Of a stretch of DNA of 64,000 nucleotides, positions 23,543 through 32,165 are shown in pieces. The notes below the pieces were generated by a model. It was not told the origin of the DNA and did not search any database. It saw only the letters and a program-made list of their open reading frames with translations. Where the stretch lies: positions 886-64,885 of the forward strand of contig JAQUCE010000012.1 in NCBI GenBank assembly GCA_028686345.1, read 5' to 3'. The DNA comes from Kiritimatiellia bacterium (lineage in GTDB: Bacteria > Verrucomicrobiota > Kiritimatiellia > RFP12 > UBA1067). The position numbers and the translations under genes were made by a program. The stretch's first letter is position 1, and each line of letters begins with the position of its first letter.

Positions 23543-26263
23543 ATGAAAACTCTGCCCAAGGTTGGCATGCTCAACCAGATCTCTTTACTTGCTTTGGCCT
23601 CTCTCTCAACAGCAAACCTCATTGCTGGTGAAGGCGCCAACCTGCTCTACTACTCCAAACCTGCCCGGAGCTGGGAGCGCGAGGCGCTGCCGCTCGGTAA
23701 TGGCCGCCTAGGCGCCATGATCTTCGGGGGTGTCAACAAGGAGCACATTCAATTCAACGAGGACTCGCTCTGGATCGGCGATGAGTCAGATACCGGTGCC
23801 TATCAGGCCTTTGGCGACCTCTATATTGAAATGGGCGCGACCGCCGAGCCCCTGCCCGGGGTTTCCAACCCCAGCGGACACACAGCCTCCCCTGGTCAGG
23901 ATGTGTCGAAAACAATTGATGGCGCGGCCAACACCAAGTGGTGCGTGGAGCATGAGAGACGGCCAATCATCTGGCAGCTCGCCCTCCCCGACTCTCCGCC
24001 GCTCCCGCTCCGGAGCTACACCTTGGCCAGCGGCAACGATGTGCCCACCCGTGATCCGGCCAAGTGGCAGTTGCTGGGCTCCAATGACAGCCGCAACTGG
24101 ACTCTCATGGATGAGCAGACTCTGGACGCCCCCTTTGAAAAGCGCAACTCTGAGAGGCGCTTCTCCTTCCAGAATACAGCAAGGTTCAAGCTCTACCGCT
24201 TTGTTTTCCAGCCCACCGATCCCAGCCACTTCCAAATCGCAAAGATCGAGCTGGGCGAACCAGGCTCGCCCTTCAGAGCTGTCGCCGAACAGCCGCAGCC
24301 ATCCGGACCCTATCGGCGGGAGCTGGATCTCGCCCGCGGCGTGCACACCATTACCTACCAGCAGGGAGGTGTCACCTATCAACGCGAATATTTTGCCAGC
24401 AACCCCGATCAGGTGCTGGTCTTCCGCCTGTCAGCAGGTCAACCCGGCATGCACACCGGCTCGATTGAACTCACCGACAGCCACCGGGCCAAGATCACAG
24501 CCGATAAAAACCGGCTGACCTCCTCCGGCAACCTGAGTGGCTACGTCTACGAAGGCGGCAGCAACGCCGGTAAAAAGGGGCTCAAGTACAGTATCGCACT
24601 GGACTATGAAGCCCAAGTGCTGGTGCTGAATGAGGGCGGCAGCGTCGCGGCGGCCGATGGCCGGATCAGCTTTACAGAGGTTGACGCGCTGACGATTCTA
24701 CTGGCAGCTGACACCAACTACCTCAACCAGCGCGATCAGGGCTGGACCGGTGCGCACCCCCATCAGCAGATTACCGCGCAGCTGGCCGCTGCAGCGGCCA
24801 AGCCCTACAGCGAACTGCTGCAAAACCATGTTCAGGATTATCAGAGTCTCTTCCAGCGTGTTACGCTGAACATCGGTAAATCCGCGGCAGCCACGCTGCA
24901 ACTGCCAACCGACAAGCGCATGGCCGCCTACCGGGCCGGGCAACCTGATCCAGAGCTGGAGGAGCTGGTCTTTCAATATGCGCGCTACCTGATGATCTCC
25001 TGCTCGCGCCCCGGCGCCATGCCGGCCAACCTCCAAGGGCTTTGGAACATGAGCAATCAGCCACCCTGGCGCTCCGACTATCACACGGATGTCAACCTGC
25101 AGATGAACTACTGGTTTGTGGACCAAGCCAACCTCTCCGAGTGCTTTGAGCCGCTGGCTGAATGGGTTGAATCCATCCGCAAGGTGCGCAGGGAGGAAAC
25201 CAAGGCTGTTTTCAACACGCGAGGCTGGATCTCGCGCGCCGAAAACGGCGTTTTTGGCGGATCATCCTGGGAGTGGTCCAAAGGTGATGCAGCCTGGATC
25301 GCCCAAAACCTCTGGGATCACTACGCCTACACCGGTAACCGGGAGTATCTGGCCAACCGGGCCTATCCGGTTATGAAAGAGCTGTGTGAGTTCTGGGAGG
25401 ATCACCTGAAGGCGCTGCCCGACGGTACGCTGGTCTCGCCGGATGGATTCTCCCCTGAGCACGGACCGCGGGAGGACGGTGTCTCTTTTGATCAGCAGCT
25501 GGTCTGGGATCTCTTCACCAACACCATCGAGGCCTCTGAAATTCTCGGCCTAGATGCCGCCTTTCGTTTGAAGCTGACTGCCATGCGGGCGAAACTCCTG
25601 GGGCCCAAGATCGGCAAATGGGGGCAACTCCAGGAGTGGATGGTTGACCGTGATGACCCCAAAGACACCCATCGCCACCTTTCACACATGATTGCCCTGC
25701 ACCCTGGACGGCAGATCTCGCCGCTGACCACCCCTGAGCTGGCCGCGGCAGCCGAGGTTTCAATGAATGCGCGCGGTGATGGCTCAACCGGCTGGAGCCG
25801 CGCCTGGAAAACCGCTATCTGGGCGCGCTTGCACGATGGCGACCGCACCTACAGCATCCTTAAAGGCATGCTGCAGGCGCAATTTGCCGATAATCTCTTT
25901 GATCTGCATCCCCCCTTCCAGATCGACGGCAACTTCGGCTACGCTGCCGGCATCTGCGAGATGCTGCTGCAATCGCAGATAGGGCAGGTTCATCTGCTGC
26001 CCGCGCTGCCGCAGGCCTGGGCGGACGGCAGTGTCAAGGGGCTGCGGGCGCGTGACGGCTTTGAAGTGGATATCAGTTGGCGTGCGGGAGCGCTCGTCAA
26101 TGCAGTGATCCGCTCCAACCGCAACACCCCTTGTTTGCTGCGTACAGCCCTTCCCGTGTCGGTGCACTGCAACGGTAAGCTGGTTAAAGTGAAACAGATC
26201 AAAGCAGGCCTCATCTCATTCCCAACAGAGAGTGCGCGGGAGTATACCGTCACCCCACACTAA
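23543..26263 (+). CDS. glycoside hydrolase family 95 (alpha-L-fucosidase-like) with inserted F5/8 type C domain
   Basis: 906 aa with a signal peptide. GH95 N-terminus is [41 protein letters not shown]. The discoidin insert is [15 protein letters not shown]...YRFVFQP. Catalytic-region motifs such as NLQGLWN and [13 protein letters not shown] are present. Confidence 0.9.
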   Translation: MKTLPKVGMLNQISLLALASLSTANLIAGEGANLLYYSKPARSWEREALPLGNGRLGAMIFGGVNKEHIQFNEDSLWIGDESDTGAYQAFGDLYIEMGATAEPLPGVSNPSGHTASPGQDVSKTIDGAANTKWCVEHERRPIIWQLALPDSPPLPLRSYTLASGNDVPTRDPAKWQLLGSNDSRNWTLMDEQTLDAPFEKRNSERRFSFQNTARFKLYRFVFQPTDPSHFQIAKIELGEPGSPFRAVAEQPQPSGPYRRELDLARGVHTITYQQGGVTYQREYFASNPDQVLVFRLSAGQPGMHTGSIELTDSHRAKITADKNRLTSSGNLSGYVYEGGSNAGKKGLKYSIALDYEAQVLVLNEGGSVAAADGRISFTEVDALTILLAADTNYLNQRDQGWTGAHPHQQITAQLAAAAAKPYSELLQNHVQDYQSLFQRVTLNIGKSAAATLQLPTDKRMAAYRAGQPDPELEELVFQYARYLMISCSRPGAMPANLQGLWNMSNQPPWRSDYHTDVNLQMNYWFVDQANLSECFEPLAEWVESIRKVRREETKAVFNTRGWISRAENGVFGGSSWEWSKGDAAWIAQNLWDHYAYTGNREYLANRAYPVMKELCEFWEDHLKALPDGTLVSPDGFSPEHGPREDGVSFDQQLVWDLFTNTIEASEILGLDAAFRLKLTAMRAKLLGPKIGKWGQLQEWMVDRDDPKDTHRHLSHMIALHPGRQISPLTTPELAAAAEVSMNARGDGSTGWSRAWKTAIWARLHDGDRTYSILKGMLQAQFADNLFDLHPPFQIDGNFGYAAGICEMLLQSQIGQVHLLPALPQAWADGSVKGLRARDGFEVDISWRAGALVNAVIRSNRNTPCLLRTALPVSVHCNGKLVKVKQIKAGLISFPTESAREYTVTPH

Positions 26264-26330
26264 GTTAAGTGCCTGGATCCGCGCGGAACGCGGAGTGGAA
26301 ATTTTGGGTTTTGGATTTCAAAGGTCGATC

Positions 26331-26530
26331 GACGATAACGGCGACGATGCTGGTGGACGAGCCCACGCATGCTCCTAATCGTCCACCAGCATCGTCGCAC
26401 AGCATCGTCAACCGATGTCGCTGGTCGAGCGACTACTACACATGCGCTACACTGCGGAGTGCAAGGGTTGTCGTTCGGTGTAGTAGCCGCTCTACCAGCG
26501 GCATTTTGCTGCAGGCATGTAAAAAGTGCG
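26331..26530 (+). repeat. Composite B, copy B2 (contains a perfect 20-bp-arm hairpin)
   Basis: GCGACGATGCTGGTGGACGA...TCGTCCACCAGCATCGTCGC (about 26344-26400), then GTCGCTGGTCGAGCGAC + CTACTAC, spacer, GGTGTAGTAGCCGCTCTACCAGCGGC. Confidence 0.85.
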
Positions 26531-26540
26531 CTACAAGATA

Positions 26541-26597
26541 CGACAGACAACTTTTTGGAAAGAACAATTAATTGTTTTTTCTTGTCGCCTAAGCGAC
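26541..26597 (-). repeat. L module, 32 nt upstream of the EEP gene ATG
   Basis: CGACAGACAACTTTTTGGAAAGAACAATTAATTGTTTTTTCTTGTCGCCTAAGCGAC, palindrome at 26563-26576. Inverted relative to 27451-27520. Confidence 0.85.
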
Positions 26598-26628
26598 GAA
26601 GCCAGAAAGAAAGCAGAAAGGAAAAAAC

Positions 26629-27438
26629 ATGATAATCACTAACCACAGCACACAGCTTATGGTAAATTTATTGTTCGCGCTCGGTGTGATCACCAGCGCA
26701 TACGGGACGGAAAACACTCCCGCAGAAGGCGCCTCGCTACGCCTGCTCTCCTACAACATCAGACATGGAAGGGGCATGGACGACGGAATTGACCTAAAAC
26801 GGATTGCCGCGGTGATCGCGAATCAAAAGCCGGATCTGGTCGCCTTGCAGGAGGTCGACAAAGTTTGCAAACGCAGCGGCAATCGCGATATTGCAGCCGA
26901 GCTAGCCAAGCTGCTCGGTATGGAGCATCGCTTTGGAAAGTTTATGGATTTTCAGGGCGGCGAATATGGGTTGGCAATCCTCTCACGCTTTCCCATCCAG
27001 GAGAGCATCCATCATCGGCTCCCGAAAGGGTCGGAGCCGCGCTGCGCGCTGGAGGTCACAGTTCACCCGCCCGGGATGAAAACACCGCTCGCATTTGTCA
27101 GTATCCACAACGACTGGATCACCGAGGAGATCCGGGTTACACAGGTCCAAACCCTGCTCGATGGCCTTGCGGAACGCAGGCACCCGATAATTCTGGCTGG
27201 CGATTTTAACGGCGAACCCAGCGATGCTTCCATGAAACTCCTGGAAAAGAGCGGGTGGAGTGTGCTTAAAAAGGATGATGCAGCGGCAACCCTGACCTTT
27301 CCATCAGATAAGCCTAATACAGAGATTGACTTTTTTGTGATTAAAGGGCTGCCCCCCTTCTCATATAAACATCAGGTGGTGGATGAGCGCATGGCCTCCG
27401 ACCACCGTCCAATTGCAGCTGTGATTCAGCTGCAATGA
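26629..27438 (+). CDS. endonuclease/exonuclease/phosphatase (EEP) family protein, secreted
   Basis: 269 aa with a signal peptide. Motifs LRLLSYNIRHGRG, LQEVD, GDFNGEP and SDHRP. Confidence 0.85.
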   Translation: MIITNHSTQLMVNLLFALGVITSAYGTENTPAEGASLRLLSYNIRHGRGMDDGIDLKRIAAVIANQKPDLVALQEVDKVCKRSGNRDIAAELAKLLGMEHRFGKFMDFQGGEYGLAILSRFPIQESIHHRLPKGSEPRCALEVTVHPPGMKTPLAFVSIHNDWITEEIRVTQVQTLLDGLAERRHPIILAGDFNGEPSDASMKLLEKSGWSVLKKDDAAATLTFPSDKPNTEIDFFVIKGLPPFSYKHQVVDERMASDHRPIAAVIQLQ

Positions 27439-27450
27439 CTATGTTAGTCA

Positions 27451-27739
27451 CTTAGACGACTGGAAAAACAATTAATTGTTCTTTGCAAAAAAATTGTCTA
27501 TCGGGCCTTATTGCGGCTTGTTTCGCAGTCATCCACCGCATAGCGGCGGATATACTTTGCAAACATCCACCGCATAGCGGCGGATATACTTTGCAAACAT
27601 CCACCGCATAGCGGCGGATATACTGTGTTGCTTTCAGTATGTCCGCCGCTATGCGGTGGATGCCCATTTTTTACCTCAACATTTTTTACCTCAAAAACAG
27701 CGCAGCAATATTTTCTTACCCCAAATATTCTTACCTTTT
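27451..27739 (+). repeat. Composite A, copy A1: L module + 34-bp tandem units + REPIN-like doublet + TTCTTACC module
   Basis: L module at 27451-27520. Units ATCCACCGCATAGCGGCGGATATACTTTGCAAAC at 27531-27564 and 27565-27598, with a third from 27599. An inverted copy at 27636-27661 forms a 26-bp-arm hairpin with 27599-27624. The tail ATTTTCTTACCCCAAATATTCTTACC runs into the dgkA stop. Confidence 0.9.
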
Positions 27740-28130
27740 AGATCTCGATCTCCAGCAACTTCAGGATATAGGGGCCAAGGGTGAGCAGGCCAATCGCAAT
27801 CGAGCCAATCGCCGTTGTAAGCACTGCCGCGGCTGCCACATCCTTGGCCTTCTCAATCAGAGGGTGATAATCCGGGGAGACCACATCGGAGAGAAACTCT
27901 ATCGACGTGTTAAAGGCCTCAGCGGTCCAGACCGCCACCATGGCCAGCACCAGCCAGCACCACTCAGATTGAGAGATCCCAAAGTAGAGCCCCGCCACAA
28001 TGACGACCAGCGTTGAGACAGCGTGAAACCAAGAGCTGTGCTGGGTCTCCAACAGCGTCCACAATCCCTTGAAAGCGTACTTGAAGCTCCTAATCCGATC
28101 CCCTAAGTGAAACTTCTTGCGTTTTTTCAT
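27738..28130 (-). CDS. dgkA: diacylglycerol kinase (prokaryotic DgkA family)
   Basis: 130 aa: RIRSFKYAFKGLWTLLETQHSSWFH, three TM helices, and EAFNTSIE with DVAAAAVL. Confidence 0.9.
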   Translation of the reverse strand: MKKRKKFHLGDRIRSFKYAFKGLWTLLETQHSSWFHAVSTLVVIVAGLYFGISQSEWCWLVLAMVAVWTAEAFNTSIEFLSDVVSPDYHPLIEKAKDVAAAAVLTTAIGSIAIGLLTLGPYILKLLEIEI

Positions 28131-28369
28131 ATACCTGCATTATGCCACAAAAGGCCGCAAAAAAACTACAAAAAAATGCTAGCTAAAAATTATGAGCTTT
28201 TAACTCTGATGCAGTTGGAGCGTTTTTTATAGCAGCGGGCTCTTAATCACAAACTTCTGAATGAGAGCGACGACCTTCCGCACACCACACAAACTCTTTT
28301 GGTTGCCTGCCTGTGCGTAGCACGCAGACAGGCGGCGGCCGGCTGCTTTAGTTGCTATTCTTTATAGAT

Positions 28370-28470
28370 GAAGTACCTCAAGCTTCCAGCTTGAATGAAA
28401 ATGTTTTCTGCAAGCAAGATGCTTGCACTACTCCATTATCACTTTTACGGTAACGTCTCAATAATCCGCT
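28370..28470 (+). repeat. H2 module with CGTCTCAATAA extension
   Basis: GAAGTACCTCAAGCTTCCAGCTTGAATGAAAATGTTTTCTGCAAGCAAGATGCTTGCACTACTCCATTATCACTTTTACGGTAACGTCTCAATAATCC. Confidence 0.9.
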
Positions 28471-28526
28471 TTGCATCCGACCGCCAAGGTAGTATCATGC
28501 AATTTCCTGATTGAGAAAGTTTTCCA

Positions 28527-28700
28527 ATGAAAATATGTCCATATTGCGCTGAAGAAAGTCAAGATGCGGCGATTAAATGCAAACACTGTGGCGAGTTTTT
28601 GGATGAACGCGCACGACCAAATTTGCCGGACAACACGATTCTGTGGTACTATCGCACCACTTTTATTGTTACTGAAAGGACACGCCGTTGCAAAAAATAG
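28527..28700 (+). CDS. zinc-ribbon domain miniprotein (57 aa), probably C-terminally truncated
   Basis: Not in the track. Translation is MKICPYCAEESQDAAIKCKHCGEFLDERARPNLPDNTILWYYRTTFIVTERTRRCKK. The CPYC...CKHC ribbon is intact, but the usual hydrophobic tail after WY.RT.F is missing. The last 13 nt overlap the rnd TTG start. Confidence 0.45.
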   Translation: MKICPYCAEESQDAAIKCKHCGEFLDERARPNLPDNTILWYYRTTFIVTERTRRCKK

Positions 28701-29815
28701 AGATAGTCACGACGCCAAAGCGACTAAAAGAAGTTTCCAACCTGATTCTTCAAACCTCAGCCGTGGCTGTTGACACCGAATTTTTCTGGGAAAGAACGTT
28801 CTATCCAATTTTAGGTCTGGTGCAAATAGCCACTGCTGATGGTGCCTGCTGGCTGGTTGATGCGGTCACAATGCCGGATATCAGTGACCTGGCTCCTCTG
28901 CTGGAGAGCGAGAGTCTCGTTAAAGTCCTACATGACGCGCCTCAGGATCTTGGCATTCTGGCCCAGGCCACCGGAGCTGCGCCGCACCAAATATTCGATA
29001 CGCGGGTCGCCGCAGGCTTTGCCGGCTTCGACTCAACCTGCTCCCTGCAATCCCTCTTACGCGAGACACTCAAGATTGAGATATCAAAAGATGAGACCCG
29101 CTCCAACTGGCTCCGCCGTCCGCTACACGAAAACCAGCTGCGCTATGCGGCCGACGATGTTTTACACCTGCTTCCACTCCGGGAGCACCTGATCCAGGCC
29201 TGCTCGAGCGACACGGTGCGCGGCTGGCTGGCTGAGGAGTGCGCCCAGCTAAACAAACCGGAGGTCTATCAGGAACGTGATCCCCGTATGATGTACCTAA
29301 GAGTCAAAGGCAGCTCGCGCCTAAATGCGCGCCAGCTCGCCGTTCTGCGGGAGATCACAGCTTGGCGCGAAGAGGTGGCCCACCAACGTGACTGGCCGCG
29401 CGGCCATGTGCTGCGTGACCCAATCCTGATTGAAATCGCGCAAATGGCCCCCACCGATGTTGTGGATCTGATGAATCTGCCGGATTTTCCCCAGAGAATG
29501 CCCGCCGAAGTGGTGGCAGCACTGATGGATGCTGTGGAAAGAGGCAGTGAGCTGCCCGATGAGCTATGCCCGCAGCCGGACGAAATCACCTTTGCCACCC
29601 GCCGCTCGCTCCAATCCGGTGCCAAACGGCTACTCAGCCAAATCCGCAACAGGTGCGCCAAGTACGGGATTGACCCTGCGCTTGTGGCCTCCCGCTCCGA
29701 TGTGGAGTCTTTTCTCGTACACGACCATAATAGCGACCAGCCGCACAGGCTAACACAAGGATGGCGCAAAATCTTACTTGAGGGAGTGGATTCCAGTAAG
29801 GGAACTACACAATAA
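28688..29815 (+). CDS. rnd: ribonuclease D
   Basis: 375 aa. DEDD exonuclease motifs (AVAVDTEFF, VKVLHDAPQDL, YAADDVLHL) and an HRDC domain (LAVLREITAWREEVAHQRDWPRGHVL). Apparent TTG start. Confidence 0.85.
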   Translation: MQKIEIVTTPKRLKEVSNLILQTSAVAVDTEFFWERTFYPILGLVQIATADGACWLVDAVTMPDISDLAPLLESESLVKVLHDAPQDLGILAQATGAAPHQIFDTRVAAGFAGFDSTCSLQSLLRETLKIEISKDETRSNWLRRPLHENQLRYAADDVLHLLPLREHLIQACSSDTVRGWLAEECAQLNKPEVYQERDPRMMYLRVKGSSRLNARQLAVLREITAWREEVAHQRDWPRGHVLRDPILIEIAQMAPTDVVDLMNLPDFPQRMPAEVVAALMDAVERGSELPDELCPQPDEITFATRRSLQSGAKRLLSQIRNRCAKYGIDPALVASRSDVESFLVHDHNSDQPHRLTQGWRKILLEGVDSSKGTTQ

Positions 29816-29847
29816 CCGGCCAAACGCTGAAGCGTGAACAGCAAACG

Positions 29848-29921
29848 GCTGCTCCGTAAGGTTTGTTGTTCAGCCTTTAGGCTGCTCCGTAAGGTTTGTT
29901 GTTCAGCCTTTAGGCTGCTCC
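29848..29921 (+). repeat. 33-bp tandem repeat x2.2 (GCTGCTCCGTAAGGTTTGTTGTTCAGCCTTTAG)
   Basis: Perfect copies at 29848-29880 and 29881-29913, then a partial third. Related inverted sequence occurs at about 38355-38420. Each unit can pair with the upstream GTGAACAGCAAAC. Confidence 0.85.
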
Positions 29922-29990
29922 AGGCGGGTTCTTGAGAAGTGAACCTAAAAGTGATAATGGAGTAGTGCAAGCATCTTGCTTGCAAAAAAT
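29920..29990 (-). repeat. H2 module, partial (second hairpin + tail only)
   Basis: AAAAGTGATAATGGAGTAGTGCAAGCATCTTGCTTGCA. Confidence 0.8.
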
Positions 29991-30151
29991 AATTGCACTT
30001 TAATTTTGAAACCAAATTTAGTTTGCCCAGAGAACTCCCACCCCCTCTGTTCCTCGGTTTTGATTTGCCAAACCAACGGGTTTTTGGTTTAATTCATTGC
30101 AATGGCTGGCGTGGTGCGGGCCTATTACTGTTACAACCAAGGGTGTTACGA

Positions 30152-31003
30152 ATGATTAAATCACTGATGTTGGGCGTGGGTGTTCTGGGGCTTGCTTTTG
30201 CACTCCATGCAGAGCAGCGTATAGTGGAAATTTGGCCAGCTGGCAAGATCCCCCTGCTGAAAGAGACGCCGCCCGAGAAAATCAATGATTCCAAGGATGA
30301 TATCGTACGGCTGACCAATGTCAGCACGCCTACGCTGACAATTTACCCAGCCCCGGAGAGTGCGCAGCCCGCGCCTGCGGTTCTGGTCTGCCCTGGTGGC
30401 GGCTACAGCATTCTGGCTTGGAATCATGAGGGCACTGAGGTGGCCGAGTGGTTCAACAAACAGGGCTTTACCGCCTTTGTGTTGAAATACCGGACACCAG
30501 GTCAGCGTGATGCCGCATTCTGTGACGCTCAGCGGGCGCTGCGTTTCATCCGCGCCAACGCCGATGAGTTTAAGGTGAACCCTGCTAAACTCGGGATCAT
30601 GGGTTTCTCGGCTGGCGGACATCTAACGGTACGCGTCAGCAATAACTATGCAGCCTCACTGTACGAACCAGTGGACAGTGCTGACAAGCTCTCCTGCCGC
30701 CCTGACTTTTCGGTGCCGGTTTATCCCGCCTATTTGAATCAGAAGGGCACCTTTGAGATGGTGGATGAGTTTGCCATCAGCGGGCAGACGCCTCCGACCT
30801 TCATCATAGCCGCCGAGGACGACCACTCTTTTGTGGATTGCAGCATTGCCTACTACATTGCGCTGAAGCAAGCCAAGGTGCCAGCCGAAATGCACCTTTT
30901 CCCCAGCGGCGGCCATGGCTTCGGCATGCGCAAACGCGGTGGTTCGATTGACACCTGGAGCGACCTTCTGGCAACCTGGCTGCAGCAACACGTTTTGAAA
31001 TAA
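30152..31003 (+). CDS. secreted alpha/beta hydrolase (esterase/lipase, carbohydrate-esterase-like)
   Basis: The ATG at 30152 gives the signal peptide MIKSLMLGVGVLGLAFALHA. Oxyanion motif VCPGGGY, nucleophile elbow GFSAGGH and C-terminal GGHGF are present. Confidence 0.85.
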   Translation: MIKSLMLGVGVLGLAFALHAEQRIVEIWPAGKIPLLKETPPEKINDSKDDIVRLTNVSTPTLTIYPAPESAQPAPAVLVCPGGGYSILAWNHEGTEVAEWFNKQGFTAFVLKYRTPGQRDAAFCDAQRALRFIRANADEFKVNPAKLGIMGFSAGGHLTVRVSNNYAASLYEPVDSADKLSCRPDFSVPVYPAYLNQKGTFEMVDEFAISGQTPPTFIIAAEDDHSFVDCSIAYYIALKQAKVPAEMHLFPSGGHGFGMRKRGGSIDTWSDLLATWLQQHVLK

Positions 31004-31514
31004 GCTTTCTTTGTTTCTTATCTTTATCCTCAAACCACTTTTTCAGGGTTTCTTGAGTTATGGGTAGTGGCTGCCACCCGGAGAGCAGACGTTCGGCGCA
31101 CCAGCGACCATGTTCCACCTCTGCTAACAATCTCAAGGTTTTTTGCTCTTTAAGCTGGGATTGTAAGCGCGCTTTATCAACCCTGCTTTTTCCCGCATGC
31201 CCCAGCAAACAAAACTTTATTGTTAAGTGATCAGAGACCTGCCGATTAGAGTCGCGCTCCCACTCCTGCCGCGTAATCCAATTCATATCTCTGAAACATT
31301 TTCTGCTCTGGTGATCGAATTTTTCCATGCTTTGCCGGGCTTCCTCACACGACCATTTAAATTCGTACGCCAAAATTAAAAATACATAAAGAGGTATTAT
31401 AAGACCGATTGATTTCCATAGATTGTTGATTGCCCACCGGCCCCTCTGCTCTCCCAATTGGCTATATCCAAATGTGCCAAGCACAACAGTGGCAGCCGCC
31501 ACGAACAGAGGCAC
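30804..31514 (-). CDS. hypothetical membrane protein; 3' 200 nt overlap the convergent hydrolase gene
   Basis: GTG-started 236-aa ORF with two hydrophobic helices. It carries an EVEHGRWCAERLLSGW motif reminiscent of RyR-like domains (weak recollection). The tail beyond ~31003 is probably non-native read-through. Confidence 0.3.
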   Translation of the reverse strand: MPLFVAAATVVLGTFGYSQLGEQRGRWAINNLWKSIGLIIPLYVFLILAYEFKWSCEEARQSMEKFDHQSRKCFRDMNWITRQEWERDSNRQVSDHLTIKFCLLGHAGKSRVDKARLQSQLKEQKTLRLLAEVEHGRWCAERLLSGWQPLPITQETLKKWFEDKDKKQRKLISKRVAAARLPEGRSRCQSNHRVCACRSHGRRWGKGAFRLAPWLASAQCSRQCCNPQKSGRPRRL

Positions 31515-31769
31515 TTGATAAATTATCTCTCACAGAGGCACAGAGGCCACAGAGAGAGAAAGTATACACTCTGAGAATTCTGTGCCTCTGTGAGAGATAA
31601 GAAACGTGCCTATAACTCGGTTTTAGGGTTTAAGTTTATAGCCGCAAAGGGCGCATAAAACGGGCCCGATGCCGACGGGGACATCGGCGCGACGATCAAG
31701 ACAGCCCCGATAAACACGAAAAGTAACACGCACACTGCTAACAACTTAATGCTTGTCTTAAATATTTCG

Positions 31770-32081
31770 CTTAGGCGACTAGAAAAAAACAATTAATTGT
31801 TCTTTTCAAATAGTTGTCTGTCGGGGCTTGTTGCGGATATACTTCGCAATAATCCACCGCATAGCGGCGGATATACTGTGTTGCTTTCAGTATGTCCGCC
31901 GCTATGCGGTAGACACCCGTTTTTCACCTCTCAGATTTTTTGCCCGCGAAACGAAGCGTAGCCCAGCAGGGCATCATCGAGGATGAAGCAAGGAGCAAAG
32001 CGACTGGCAATCTCCGCGAGCTCTGCCGCTCTGCGAGGAAAAATTTTAAGGTAAGAAAATTTGGGGTAAGAAAATGTTGCC
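31770..32081 (+). repeat. Composite A, copy A2
   Basis: L module (palindrome 31788-31801), a partial 34-bp unit, a REPIN-like doublet (31852-31877 pairs with 31889-31914), extra inserted sequence, then an inverted TTCTTACC module at about 32047-32081. Confidence 0.85.
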
Positions 32082-32165
32082 GTTAATATTTGACATTACT
32101 CGGAATTATCAATTATACTCCTCCATTTATGTCGCCTTGTCTTTACTTCAAATTAACGCTGTTAT

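Noticed and set aside
27531-27661. 34-bp repeat arrays (also 43138-43246) considered as CRISPR arrays
   Set aside because: The units are directly head-to-tail with no spacers. No cas genes or leader are present. One array ends in an inverted copy, which fits REP/REPIN-like tandem repeats and not CRISPR.
31610-31792. 60-aa ORF with one hydrophobic helix
   Set aside because: Its start codon and first ~10 codons lie inside the L repeat module. It has no SD and no recognisable family. It could be a real small membrane protein, but the sequence alone does not support calling it.
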